DNA of 27,261 bases from Deltaproteobacteria bacterium (GCA_013153415.1 JAADEO010000106.1:1-27261), one strand, 5' to 3'; positions 1-8,411 are shown, counted from the stretch's first letter. Made by a program: numbers and translations. The notes: generated by a model from the sequence alone, not told the origin.

Positions 1-79
1 GCCAGCGGTCACTCCACCTGCAATAAAATATTTTACAACCTTGATTATATATATGCAGAAGGCAGCTATTCGGAGCCGG

Positions 80-1996
80 TTACTTGAAAAAGATACCCAG
101 GTTGTCGGCCCGGCTCAGGTTGCGGACGGCGGCGAGGAAGGCCGGATATTCCGGGTCGGAATTTTTCAGCAGGCCCCGTTTCTGAGTGATTGTGCGATTG
201 TAGGTCAGGGTTCTGGTTTTGGGGTTGTAGGTGGTTTCGATTGCCCAGTCCAGGTGGGCGAGTTCGCCCCTTTCATTTGCCGGAAATCGGGTCGGTTGCA
301 GGTTTTCCGGCAGTTTGATGATCACCCGGTTGCTGGTTGTCAGATTGTCCGGGATCGCCAGTGGCCGGGTTCTGGAGGTCAGCAGGGTCTGGTAAGGCCG
401 GGCGAAAACCGGGGCGTTGAGAGGGAAGATGATCTCTGTCCGATCGCTCCGGGTGGCAAAGAGGTTGGCGATGGTAAAGCCTCCACTCATAATCAGCGGC
501 TTGCGATCATCCTTGAGGCCGGTGATCTTCAATGGCCCTGCGGCCTGGGCCGTGGGGTTCAAATCATGGAGCATCTGGGAGGTGGCGATCCTCCGTTCTC
601 CGGGCGAGAGATCACGCCAGCGCAAACGCATGCCGGAAGCCATCTCCCCGCGGAGTACCAGGCGGAACTCTCCCTTGACCTGGTGTTTGGCGGAAATCCG
701 GTAGGTGATTTCGCTTTTACCCCGGGCCGCTTCCCGGTCCCGGATAGTCAGCAGCTCGCCACTTTCCAGATCGAGGGCCCGGCAGCCGTCGAAACCGGTG
801 ATTCCTGGAGCCGGTTTTTCCAAGCCGAAATAGAAGAACTCTCCCCGGCACTCTATCAGGGCGGTTTTCCACCAGCCGGGAGAAGGAAAATCGGCATGGT
901 CTTCCAGGAAATCATCCTTGCTGCCGGTCATCAGGATCCTCGGCTTCAGGCCCTGTCGGCGCAGGCGGTCGAAAAACAGCAGAGCTAAGTCGGCATCGGT
1001 ACCGTAACCATTGCGGGCCGTAATTTCCGGTGCCTGGAGTTTGAAAGCGGTCTCCTGAAATGAGATGATATAGGGGGTCGAGGCTTTTCTCAGTTTGCGG
1101 AAAATCCGGTGGCACAGCTCTCTTGCCTTTGCATCGTCACTTCTGTTGTCGGCCAGAATTTCAGTGCTGATCCGGGGGGTGTGGAGCTCGGCACGGAAAA
1201 ACCGGTTGTAAAAAGCGGCAACTTGGCTCTGGCTGGTGAAACTTGAGACCAGCAGGCAGAAACCCTCGTCAACCGGATCCGGGGCCCATTTTTCCGGGAC
1301 CAGGGCGGGAACATCAGTCGCCCGCCAGTGATAAACGGTCTCTCCTTCCCGGTTCCGGTCTATTCTTTCCTTGATCGCAACCTGAGCGGGTTTTTCCCAT
1401 TTCAGATCAAGTCCTGGGGGAACGGTAAAAATCACCTCTTTTTCTCGAATCGGTTCATTGAGGCGGAAGTACTCTTTGCACCAGAAGCCGGTTCGATCCA
1501 GCAGTTCGATTTCCAGCTCGATTTCACTGCCCGGCTCCACAGCCGGCAGGTTGACCACCATCTGCCGGGCCCGCGAGTAGAGGGAGACCTCACTGTTCCA
1601 GGGAGCCGGGATGTCGTGAACCTCCCGTTCGTTGACCTTGATCACGCTGCCGTCGGTGGTCAGAGTGCTGGCCCGGATGAGTTTTGCCGACTGGTGGGAG
1701 CTGTTGTAGGTGAGTTTGAAATCAGCGTAATCCTTCTTTCCCTTGTAGGTCATGATCCGGCGTTTGACGTAGAGCCTGAGCCGGTAGGAACCGTCGGGGT
1801 TGAGGAAATAGTGTTTGCTTATTTTGAGGTTGACGGCGTCACTGTCGCTGTCCGGGCTCGGGATGGTTCGGTGTTCAGTTGTCACCGGGGGCGGGGTTTT
1901 CTGGCCGTGGACCAAGGCTGCCGGGCTCAGAAGCGCGCCAAGCAGGATGAGGGCGCCAAACCGGAGGAGGCGTTTTTCTCGGATAATACTTTTCAC
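80..1996 (-). CDS. Exported DUF3857/transglutaminase-like/DUF3858-type protein, catalytically degenerate paralog
   Basis: ORF 80..2020. The likely start is GTG at 1996, with AAGGA 9 nt upstream and 5 bp after the upstream stop. It has an N-terminal hydrophobic signal segment, DUF3857-like motifs (VVNLPAVEPGSEIELE) and the same overall layout as the upstream gene. The triad positions read GYGTDAD / WWKTALI / FFYFG instead of GxC / NH / DPT. Confidence 0.8.
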   Translation of the reverse strand: MKSIIREKRLLRFGALILLGALLSPAALVHGQKTPPPVTTEHRTIPSPDSDSDAVNLKISKHYFLNPDGSYRLRLYVKRRIMTYKGKKDYADFKLTYNSSHQSAKLIRASTLTTDGSVIKVNEREVHDIPAPWNSEVSLYSRARQMVVNLPAVEPGSEIELEIELLDRTGFWCKEYFRLNEPIREKEVIFTVPPGLDLKWEKPAQVAIKERIDRNREGETVYHWRATDVPALVPEKWAPDPVDEGFCLLVSSFTSQSQVAAFYNRFFRAELHTPRISTEILADNRSDDAKARELCHRIFRKLRKASTPYIISFQETAFKLQAPEITARNGYGTDADLALLFFDRLRRQGLKPRILMTGSKDDFLEDHADFPSPGWWKTALIECRGEFFYFGLEKPAPGITGFDGCRALDLESGELLTIRDREAARGKSEITYRISAKHQVKGEFRLVLRGEMASGMRLRWRDLSPGERRIATSQMLHDLNPTAQAAGPLKITGLKDDRKPLIMSGGFTIANLFATRSDRTEIIFPLNAPVFARPYQTLLTSRTRPLAIPDNLTTSNRVIIKLPENLQPTRFPANERGELAHLDWAIETTYNPKTRTLTYNRTITQKRGLLKNSDPEYPAFLAAVRNLSRADNLGIFFK

Positions 1997-2001
1997 TGCG
2001 A

Positions 2002-4059
2002 TTAATCCTTTGTCTGCCAAGTGATGGATATCGGGGTCCGGGAGAGTTTCAGGTTGCGATTCTGGATCTCAGTCAGCCCCGGGTAGGCGGAGGTCGCGAT
2101 CTCGCTTTTCTTGATCACCAGGCGGCGTTTGAAAACCAGCTCGCGGGGCTTGGTGGAGGTCGCGAAAACCTGGGTGAACTCGGGGGTGTCAATCTTGATA
2201 GTGGCCGGCAGCACGATTTTTCGGGCCGGGTGGGGCAAGGTCAATTTCTCTTCGACGGTGGTGGTGAATGTGTAGCCCAGTTTTATCGGGAAACGTCTTG
2301 CGGTCATATCGGCGCGAGCCAGGATCCAACGGTCCAGCAGGCCGGGGTTTTGCATGCCGGTCACGGGCCGCAGGAGGTTGGTTCCTTGCCCGCTACCGCG
2401 CAGGGCCTTAGGCAGAGAGAATTCTCCACTGAAGCCGAATGGGATCTGCGGGTCGGCCGGATCGGTCCAGTCGATCCGGCTGAGTTCCAGGCCGCAGTAC
2501 TGGTTGAGGAAAAAACCCTTGAGGAAATTCTCGCGTTGCCGGCGGCTCTGGTTCATCATGATCGAGCGCATCATGGTATCGTTGAATCCGGTGCAATGAA
2601 CCTCGATTTTACCCTTCAAAGAGCCTGTTTCGTCAAGCCGGTCACTTATTTTGACCTGAAAGAGATTTCTTTCCGGGGGCAGCGGCGGAGTCAGATCGAG
2701 GTCGTTATGCAACGGGTCGGCGACCAGATAAGAACATTCCCGTTCGTAATCGGGCAGAAACTGGCGGCTGGTTTCCGAGGTCGGATCGAGCAACAGACGG
2801 GTTCGGCCCTGTTTATCGAGAATGGCGACTATGGCGTGATTGAAGTAGGGCAGGGGGATCTCCCGGTCGAGCCGGTCGCCGACCCGGATCAGCACCGGGG
2901 CCGCCCTGAAGCCCGCGCTACGCAGCATGCCGACCAGCAGTGCCGCCTTGTCCCGGCAGACCCCGTGGCGGCGTTGGAAGGTGAGGTTTATATCATGGGG
3001 CTCGAAGCCGGGCCGCCGACTTTCTCCGTTGACTCCCAGATAGCGGATCTTCCGGGCGACAAAGTAGAAAAGGGCGGCGATCTTTTCACGGTCTTCATTT
3101 TTCCCGGAGGTCAGTTTGCTGATTTGCTCTTTCAGTTCGGGGGACGGTTTGAGTTTGTCTTCAACCAGGCTGCTGTACCAGCTGGAAATCGCCTGCCAGT
3201 CGGGCAGGGTCGAATAGAGCAGCCGCATTGCCACCCGGCGGAAGGAGGGCATCTCCGGCTCCGGAACGATCATCGGAACGTTGCGGAAATGCCAGCGCCG
3301 GATTATTTTTTGATCCTTGCCGGGCAGTCGGACTTGCCTGTAAGCAACGCAGCCTTTGACCTCGTTTTTGATCAGCCAGTTGAGCCGGGTGTCGACCGGA
3401 GTGGTGATCGTGAACAGATAGGAGCGGATGGGGATATCGTACTGGCCCAGAATGGAGCCGTAAAACTGGTCCGGAATTACCATTTTGAAGGTGTGGCGGT
3501 TGATCCGGTAGTGAATGGTGTCCCCCACCTCCAGTCCGGGCAGGAAAATCTTGATGGTTTTTTCGAGAGGGTTGTAGATGTTCATGCGGCTGTTGCCGGA
3601 AGAGGTTTCTTCCCGCCGGCAGGCTTTAAGATCAACCGGGCGGGCTCTACCGTCATGGATGATTTCACAGCTGATGATCTCGAGGCGGTCGTAAGCTTTG
3701 TTGAGATAGAAGCTTAAGACCTCATGATTTTGTTTGCCCTCCTCATCGAGAACCGTGATGTAGACATCGTCACTGTTGCTTCGGGAACCGTCGTCCAGTT
3801 GCTCGACATGCTCGATTTCCGAGGCGAGTACGGCGTGGGCATAAGGATAGGTGGTCCGGTTGATCTTTTTCAGCCATTGGAAGGATGCGCCCGTTTCGGT
3901 TGCGAAACTGGTTGCCGGTAGTTGAAAAAGGAGTACCAGCAGGAGGGTCAGAACAACCCGCTTCCCCGATTTCAGGCGACCCGATTCAGGGTAAACGGTG
4001 GAGCTGCGAGAAGCGTTTTCATGCTCTCTGTTCGTGTCGCAATATTTGAATGTTTTCAT
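2002..4059 (-). CDS. Exported DUF3857 + transglutaminase-like (papain-fold) domain protein with intact Cys-His-Asp triad
   Basis: Signal-peptide-like N-terminus (KRVVLTLLLVLLFQLPATSFA) and a DUF3857-like region (IFLPGLEVGDTIHY). The transglutaminase core has GVCRDKA (C368), FNHAIVA (H408) and LLDPT (D425). Confidence 0.88.
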   Translation of the reverse strand: MKTFKYCDTNREHENASRSSTVYPESGRLKSGKRVVLTLLLVLLFQLPATSFATETGASFQWLKKINRTTYPYAHAVLASEIEHVEQLDDGSRSNSDDVYITVLDEEGKQNHEVLSFYLNKAYDRLEIISCEIIHDGRARPVDLKACRREETSSGNSRMNIYNPLEKTIKIFLPGLEVGDTIHYRINRHTFKMVIPDQFYGSILGQYDIPIRSYLFTITTPVDTRLNWLIKNEVKGCVAYRQVRLPGKDQKIIRRWHFRNVPMIVPEPEMPSFRRVAMRLLYSTLPDWQAISSWYSSLVEDKLKPSPELKEQISKLTSGKNEDREKIAALFYFVARKIRYLGVNGESRRPGFEPHDINLTFQRRHGVCRDKAALLVGMLRSAGFRAAPVLIRVGDRLDREIPLPYFNHAIVAILDKQGRTRLLLDPTSETSRQFLPDYERECSYLVADPLHNDLDLTPPLPPERNLFQVKISDRLDETGSLKGKIEVHCTGFNDTMMRSIMMNQSRRQRENFLKGFFLNQYCGLELSRIDWTDPADPQIPFGFSGEFSLPKALRGSGQGTNLLRPVTGMQNPGLLDRWILARADMTARRFPIKLGYTFTTTVEEKLTLPHPARKIVLPATIKIDTPEFTQVFATSTKPRELVFKRRLVIKKSEIATSAYPGLTEIQNRNLKLSRTPISITWQTKD

Positions 4060-4111
4060 GAGGTAATCTCTAGGCGTTCTTTATTATTGCCGTTTTGGAA
4101 TTTTCAAGAGG

Positions 4112-4146
4112 ATTCCCACAAGTTTTTTCACAACCGATGTGGATAA
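4112..4146. promoter_or_regulatory. Cluster of three DnaA boxes
   Basis: ATTCCCACA at 4112-4120 (2 mismatches to TTWTNCACA), TTTTTCACA at 4124-4132 (matches TTWTNCACA) and TGTGGATAA at 4138-4146 (perfect TTATCCACA on the minus strand). Confidence 0.7.
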
Positions 4147-4200
4147 GTCGGCAAAAGGCCGTGATTATTGGAGTATGACGGTTTTTGCGATGTAAGCACT

Positions 4201-4300
4201 TGAAATTATTGGCTATTGTTTTTGGGTTGAAAGTGTATCTCTTTACTTTTCTTTCCGATATCTTTAATGATTACAAGGTATTTATCTCTTTTTTAAAGAG
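4201..4300. other. AT-rich DUE-like segment with three TATCT(C)TTT repeats
   Basis: 27 G/C in 100 nt by hand count. TATCTCTTT at 4236, TATCTTTAA at 4259 and TATCTCTTT at 4283, spaced 23-24 bp apart and lying between two DnaA-box groups. Confidence 0.5.
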
Positions 4301-4320
4301 TTGTTCACAGGTTGTTAACA
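4301..4320 (+). promoter_or_regulatory. Two degenerate tandem DnaA boxes
   Basis: TTGTTCACA at 4301-4309 (1 mismatch) and TTGTTAACA at 4312-4320 (2 mismatches), in the same orientation and 2 bp apart. Confidence 0.5.
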
Positions 4321-4342
4321 GAGGTGATTTCACTGTTTCCGA

Positions 4343-5587
4343 TCAGGCCGTTCTCCGGTTGCGCCGCAAGGCCTGGATACGATTGAGCAGGGGAGGATGG
4401 CTGTAGTGCAGGAAGACGTAAAAAGGGTGAGGTGTCAGGTTGGCAAGATTATCCCGAGCCAACTTTTTCAAAGCCGTGATCAGGGTTTCGGCATCCTTGG
4501 TAGTGGCCGCGGCAAAAGCGTCGGCCTGGAACTCATGACGCCGGGAAAGGGCCTGGAAAAGTGGAGAAATGATCATTTCCACCGGGGTGAAGAGGAGGCT
4601 GAAAAAGACCAGGCCGGCTGCCGGAGAGATGTGCTCCAGGCCAAAAGCCCGGTAGAGATCGGGCTGTTTGATAAACCAGCCCAGCAGGTAGAAGATGATG
4701 CCCTGGTGGATGATGGCGATAGTGGTCATTATCAAGATGTGCTTTTTCTTGTAATGGCCGATCTCGTGGGCGAGGATCGCTTTGAGTTCATTCGGGGTGT
4801 GCTGGCTGACCAGGGTGTCGTAGAGTGCGACTCGCCGATGGCGACCGAAACCGGTGAAAAAAGCATTGCCTTTGCCCGAGCGTTTGGAGCCGTCGATGAT
4901 AAAAACCTGGTCGAGGGGAAAGTCCACTTGGCGGCCGTATCGCTGCAGGGTCTCTTTCAGTTCCCCATCCTCTAACGGGGTGAATTTGTTGAAGAGTGGC
5001 ATGATCCAGGTGGGGGCGATGATCTGGATGGCGAGGGTAAAGATGGCGGTGGTCAGCCAGGCGAAGAGCCACGCCTGTTCGCCGGCGCTCTCGAGAAACC
5101 AGAGAATTGCCGCCAGCAGCGGGGTGCCGAGAAGCAGGGTCAGGATGATTATCTTGGCCCGGTCGAGGAGGAAGGTTTTCCAACTGGTCCGGTTGAAGCC
5201 GAAACGCTCTTCAATCACAAAAGTCCGATAGAGGGAAAAAGGCAGGTTGATTAAAGCCCGGGCCAGGAGAAGGAAGCCGATGAAACAGAGTCCTTGGAGC
5301 AGAGGCGAGTCGCTCAGCTGCCGGCACCAGAGATCGAGTTTACGAAATCCTCCGCCGCCCCAGAAAATCAGGATCGCAGCCAGGTTGAAGAGCTCGGCCA
5401 CTTGGTCAAAAACGGTTGTGACTTTGAGGTATTCGCGGTTTTTATGATAATTCTCAGGATCGATCAAGTCCCTGAACTCCTCCGGCGGGGTTGGGGACTG
5501 GTGGCGGAGATTTAAGATGTCGGCGATCAGGCCGATGGCGTAATCAGCCAGCAGGGCGATGAGAATAAAAGCAGCGTAACCGTTCAC
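4343..5587 (-). CDS. M48 family zinc metallopeptidase, Ste24/CAAX prenyl protease-like membrane protease
   Basis: Several TM segments, plus the motifs ERFGFNRT, DGSKRS..GNAFFTG, HEIGH (HExxH), EFQAD and HPPLLNRI. GTG start. Confidence 0.93.
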   Translation of the reverse strand: MNGYAAFILIALLADYAIGLIADILNLRHQSPTPPEEFRDLIDPENYHKNREYLKVTTVFDQVAELFNLAAILIFWGGGGFRKLDLWCRQLSDSPLLQGLCFIGFLLLARALINLPFSLYRTFVIEERFGFNRTSWKTFLLDRAKIIILTLLLGTPLLAAILWFLESAGEQAWLFAWLTTAIFTLAIQIIAPTWIMPLFNKFTPLEDGELKETLQRYGRQVDFPLDQVFIIDGSKRSGKGNAFFTGFGRHRRVALYDTLVSQHTPNELKAILAHEIGHYKKKHILIMTTIAIIHQGIIFYLLGWFIKQPDLYRAFGLEHISPAAGLVFFSLLFTPVEMIISPLFQALSRRHEFQADAFAAATTKDAETLITALKKLARDNLANLTPHPFYVFLHYSHPPLLNRIQALRRNRRTA

Positions 5588-5665
5588 TTGTGATTAACCC
5601 CGAAACCGGAAAAGGTGGAAAAGGCGTTTATGACGGTTTTCGGGCCCGAAGTCAATGGTCTTGCA

Positions 5666-5694
5666 CGGCCGGCAGGAAAAAATTCTGCCGGCCG
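5666..5694. terminator. GC-rich hairpin between the 4Fe-4S gene and the M48 gene (possible terminator or processing stem)
   Basis: CGGCCGGCAG-9nt-CTGCCGGCCG is a perfect 10-bp stem 11 bp after the stop codon. There is no clear U-tract on the minus strand. Confidence 0.4.
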
Positions 5695-5705
5695 CAATAT
5701 TCAGA

Positions 5706-6455
5706 TCAATTGAGCGGCTCGCCTTTGAGATTGAGTACGATCCCGGTGATCGGTACGGTCTTTCCAGACCGGGACAAAGCCTTCTCAACCGCCACCGGAA
5801 GGCCGGAACAGCAGGGTACTTCCATAGTTACGACGGTAATGCTGTTGATCATATTTTTGCTGAAGATCTCGGTAAAGCGTTCTTCGTAATCGGGCAGGTC
5901 ATCGAACTTGGGGCAGCCCATCATGACGATACGATTTTTGAGCAGGTTCTGGTGCAGTCCGGCATAAGCTACGGCGGCACAGTCGGCCAGGATCAGGAGG
6001 TCGGCATTCTGCAGAAATGGTGCGTGAGCCGGGATCAGGCGGATCTGGACCGGCCAGTGTCCCAGGGCCGAGACCGGGACGGCAGCGTCATTTGCATCGC
6101 CCCCGCAGCCGCAACCGCAGCTGTCGCTGGCAAAGGTCTGCATCTGGGTCGAGGGGCAGCCGCAGGCCAGGGTTTCCTGGCTGCTGCCATCGGGTGCAGT
6201 ATTATCCTTGCGGTTTTTGAGATATTCTTCGACCGCTTCCGGGTCGAAATCTTCGGCCATTCGTTCGACAATCGAGATGGCCCCCTGGGGACAGTCGCCC
6301 AGGCAGGCGCCGAGACCGTCGCAATATTTTTCCGCCACCACCCGGGCCTTGCCGTCGATCACCTGGATCGCGCCTTCATCACAGGCAGGAACGCATTGGC
6401 CGCAGCCGTCACACAACTCTTCATCGATCTGGATGATTTTTCTCATAATTTTCAT
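5706..6455 (-). CDS. 4Fe-4S dicluster (ferredoxin-like) domain protein of the type found in hcp/HcpR loci
   Basis: N-terminal CDGCGQCVPAC and YCDGLGACLGDCP motifs, a Cys-rich linker (CGCP, CGCGCGG), and a C-terminal domain with ADC, GCPKFD and EVPCC. Confidence 0.88.
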   Translation of the reverse strand: MKIMRKIIQIDEELCDGCGQCVPACDEGAIQVIDGKARVVAEKYCDGLGACLGDCPQGAISIVERMAEDFDPEAVEEYLKNRKDNTAPDGSSQETLACGCPSTQMQTFASDSCGCGCGGDANDAAVPVSALGHWPVQIRLIPAHAPFLQNADLLILADCAAVAYAGLHQNLLKNRIVMMGCPKFDDLPDYEERFTEIFSKNMINSITVVTMEVPCCSGLPVAVEKALSRSGKTVPITGIVLNLKGEPLN

Positions 6456-6458
6456 AGC

Positions 6459-7187
6459 TTATTCTCCCTCTTTGATAATGATGCTTTTGCGGGCCAGCTC
6501 TCGGCCGCTTTCGGTCATGAAATCATTTTGCAAATGCTCTTCCAGTTGCTCCTGGCTTAATGGATTTTCCTGGTTGAGAGTCTGGAGCTCGAAAATCCGC
6601 AAGGCATCGTGGACGCACTGGAAATCGAGATTCTCATCTTTGCCGGGATGGTGAAGGTGGTCGAGGATGGCCAGCACCTGTTCAGTCAGCTCCTCCTTGG
6701 CTTTCAGGCTTTCGAGGATCTCCCGGCCCAGGCGGACGGCCTCTTTCTCCAGCTTTTCGGGACTCGGATTTTCATCGCCCTTGGCCCCGATGTTGTGCAG
6801 GTAGGCGGCGCAGAGCACAATAGCCGGATTGGCGCCCTCTTCAGGGGCCAGTTTGCCGGCGAAACGGGCTACCTTGGTGGCTTGGCCGACATTGCGAAAA
6901 TCCTTGCGGAAATGCATCTTCATTTTGATTGCGACCCTATCTTTCAGGAGGTCATCCCGTCCGGCCAGAAGTTCCGGCGGCAACTCGCCCATGCACTGTT
7001 CGGCATATTGGCAGTACGAGGCGCAGCCGAAATCCATTTTGGGGTTGATGACCTGTTTGCCGCAACCTTGGCATTTGGCCGTGGTCTGATCCTTGAAGAA
7101 CTCAATTTCGGTGCCGCAGTCGGGGCATTTGGCATCGAAGATGGCATCGTGTTTCCAGTAGCGGGAATCCTGTCCGGGACAACGCAT
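6459..7187 (-). CDS. Cys-rich Zn-ribbon + HD-fold protein with degenerate metal ligands
   Basis: N-terminal CPGQD, CPDCG, CQGCG and GCASYCQYAEQC. The HD-like region reads NVGQATKV / AYLHNIG / VHDAL. RBS GGGAG upstream; the stop lies 3 bp before the 4Fe-4S gene start. Confidence 0.8.
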   Translation of the reverse strand: MRCPGQDSRYWKHDAIFDAKCPDCGTEIEFFKDQTTAKCQGCGKQVINPKMDFGCASYCQYAEQCMGELPPELLAGRDDLLKDRVAIKMKMHFRKDFRNVGQATKVARFAGKLAPEEGANPAIVLCAAYLHNIGAKGDENPSPEKLEKEAVRLGREILESLKAKEELTEQVLAILDHLHHPGKDENLDFQCVHDALRIFELQTLNQENPLSQEQLEEHLQNDFMTESGRELARKSIIIKEGE

Positions 7188-7278
7188 GATAATCTCTCCC
7201 TTTCGAGCTCACGGTCGCAATGACCGTGGTTAATGTGAACCAATATTATCTTTTTAATGCTTTTCGCTGCGGTTATCT

Positions 7279-7292
7279 TTGACTTAAGTCAA
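7279..7292. promoter_or_regulatory. FNR/HcpR-type operator TTGAC-N4-GTCAA
   Basis: Perfect 14-bp palindrome TTGACTTAAGTCAA between the divergent Crp/Fnr gene and the HD/4Fe-4S operon. The regulator has an FNR-type ExxSR recognition helix. Confidence 0.8.
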
Positions 7293-7333
7293 CCGGGACT
7301 TTTTTTGAGTTCATCTTGTCGGAAGGTTGTGAT

Positions 7334-8077
7334 ATGGAAGAGACTGAAAAAAAGGAGCAGGGGGGGAGAAAAACCGGAATGAACGGGGAACAGTGCCAAT
7401 CTTTACTGAAGTGGCTGGGGGAGACCTCACTTTTTGCCGGGATGCCCGATGCCCATCTGCAGGAGCTTTGCGGCATCGCCATGGTGGTCAGCTATAAGCG
7501 CCGGGCCCTGATTTTCAGTGCCGGGGATCCGGGTAGCGGTTTCTATCTGGTTATGGAGGGGCGGGTGAAGGTCTACATGATTTCATCCGATGGCAAGGAG
7601 CAGATCCTGCATATCCTGGGGCCCGGGGAGCCATTCGGTGAGGCCCCGGTGTTTGCCGGCCGGAGTTTCCCGGCTCATGCCGTGGCTCTCGATGACTGTC
7701 GTCTGGTCTTTCTTCCCCGCGAAGCCTTTGTCGAACTGGTGACCGCCAATCCTTCACTGGCGCTGAACCTTCTGGCGGTTTTATCGCAGCGTCTGCGGCA
7801 GTTCGCCAAGATGGTCGATTCCCTCTCTTTGAAGGAGGTTCCCGGTCGGCTGGCGGCTCATCTCCTGTATCTGAGCGCCAAACAGGCCGATAAAGACGTA
7901 CTGGAGCTCGATCTTTCGAAAACCCAGCTGGCCAGTCTCCTGGGGACGATTCCGGAAACCCTGTCGCGGATCCTGAGCAAGTTGCAACGGGCCGGCTACA
8001 TCCGGATCGCGGGGGCGAAGGTTACGATTGTCGATCGGGAGAGGCTGGAGGAGTTGGCCGAGGTCGGTCGTTTTTAG
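7334..8077 (+). CDS. Crp/Fnr family transcriptional regulator, HcpR/DNR-like
   Basis: cNMP-binding fold (GRVKVY..S.DGKEQILHILGPGEPFGE) and a C-terminal HTH, LASLLGTIPETLSRIL. ATG at 7334 follows GGAAGG; 7379 is an alternative start. It lacks the FNR N-terminal Cys cluster motif. Confidence 0.93.
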   Translation: MEETEKKEQGGRKTGMNGEQCQSLLKWLGETSLFAGMPDAHLQELCGIAMVVSYKRRALIFSAGDPGSGFYLVMEGRVKVYMISSDGKEQILHILGPGEPFGEAPVFAGRSFPAHAVALDDCRLVFLPREAFVELVTANPSLALNLLAVLSQRLRQFAKMVDSLSLKEVPGRLAAHLLYLSAKQADKDVLELDLSKTQLASLLGTIPETLSRILSKLQRAGYIRIAGAKVTIVDRERLEELAEVGRF

Positions 8078-8112
8078 TGCAGAGATTTTCTGGTTTGAAA
8101 AACTAAAAAATT

Positions 8113-8411
8113 GTCCGCAATCTCCGGTTAGGTCTTTGCAAGCCACTTGTTCCAGGGCTGAGAGGGTGGTTTCCCGGAACGGCTTGCGAAATATCGTCGT
8201 TTTTCTTAAGCTAACGGAGCGGCCGCAATTGATGCTGCTTGAATGCGTCAGCATGAGTTCATTAATTATTTCAGTGCAGTGAGCGCTTAGAAAAGAAAAA
8301 CAGATATTGAGCGTAAGAAGTGGAGGGGAATTACCCTCTTTAGCCCGGGTCGCAAGTTTCTAACCGGACACCACTGAGAAGATGTTCGGATGAAAGTATC
8401 TGTTTGCGGAC
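8113..8411. repeat. Nested long-range inverted repeats in a convergent intergenic region
   Basis: GTCCGCAA at 8113-8120 pairs with TTGCGGAC at 8404-8411. TCCGGTTAG-N4-TTGC at 8123-8139 pairs with GCAA-N4-CTAACCGGA at 8352-8368. Confidence 0.55.

Noticed and set aside
1-60. AT-rich stretch with an AAAATATTTT palindrome at the window edge
   Set aside because: It is truncated by the boundary and is most likely an ordinary promoter region of the next gene.
7210-7228. CACGGTC-N5-GACCGTG inverted repeat upstream of the HD gene
   Set aside because: A 7-bp IR is expected by chance at this scale, and there is no second copy or matching regulator.
7295-7315. GGGACTTTTTTTGAGTTCATC and TTGATGGCTTCGTAAGAAATC (22211-22231), reminiscent of ends of small dispersed repeats I recall from deltaproteobacterial genomes
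   Set aside because: They share only about 12 of 19 positions, each is unpaired, and I cannot verify the family without a genome-wide search.
8161-8176. AGAGGGTGGTTTCC, resembling a T-box
   Set aside because: It lacks the nACC of the T-box bulge, a specifier stem and a downstream sense gene.
8352-8389. GCAAGTTTCTAACCGGACACC, resembling the purine riboswitch J2/3-P3
   Set aside because: No P1/P2 or L2 GG kissing loop can be built, L3 would be 12 nt, and no gene lies downstream on this strand.
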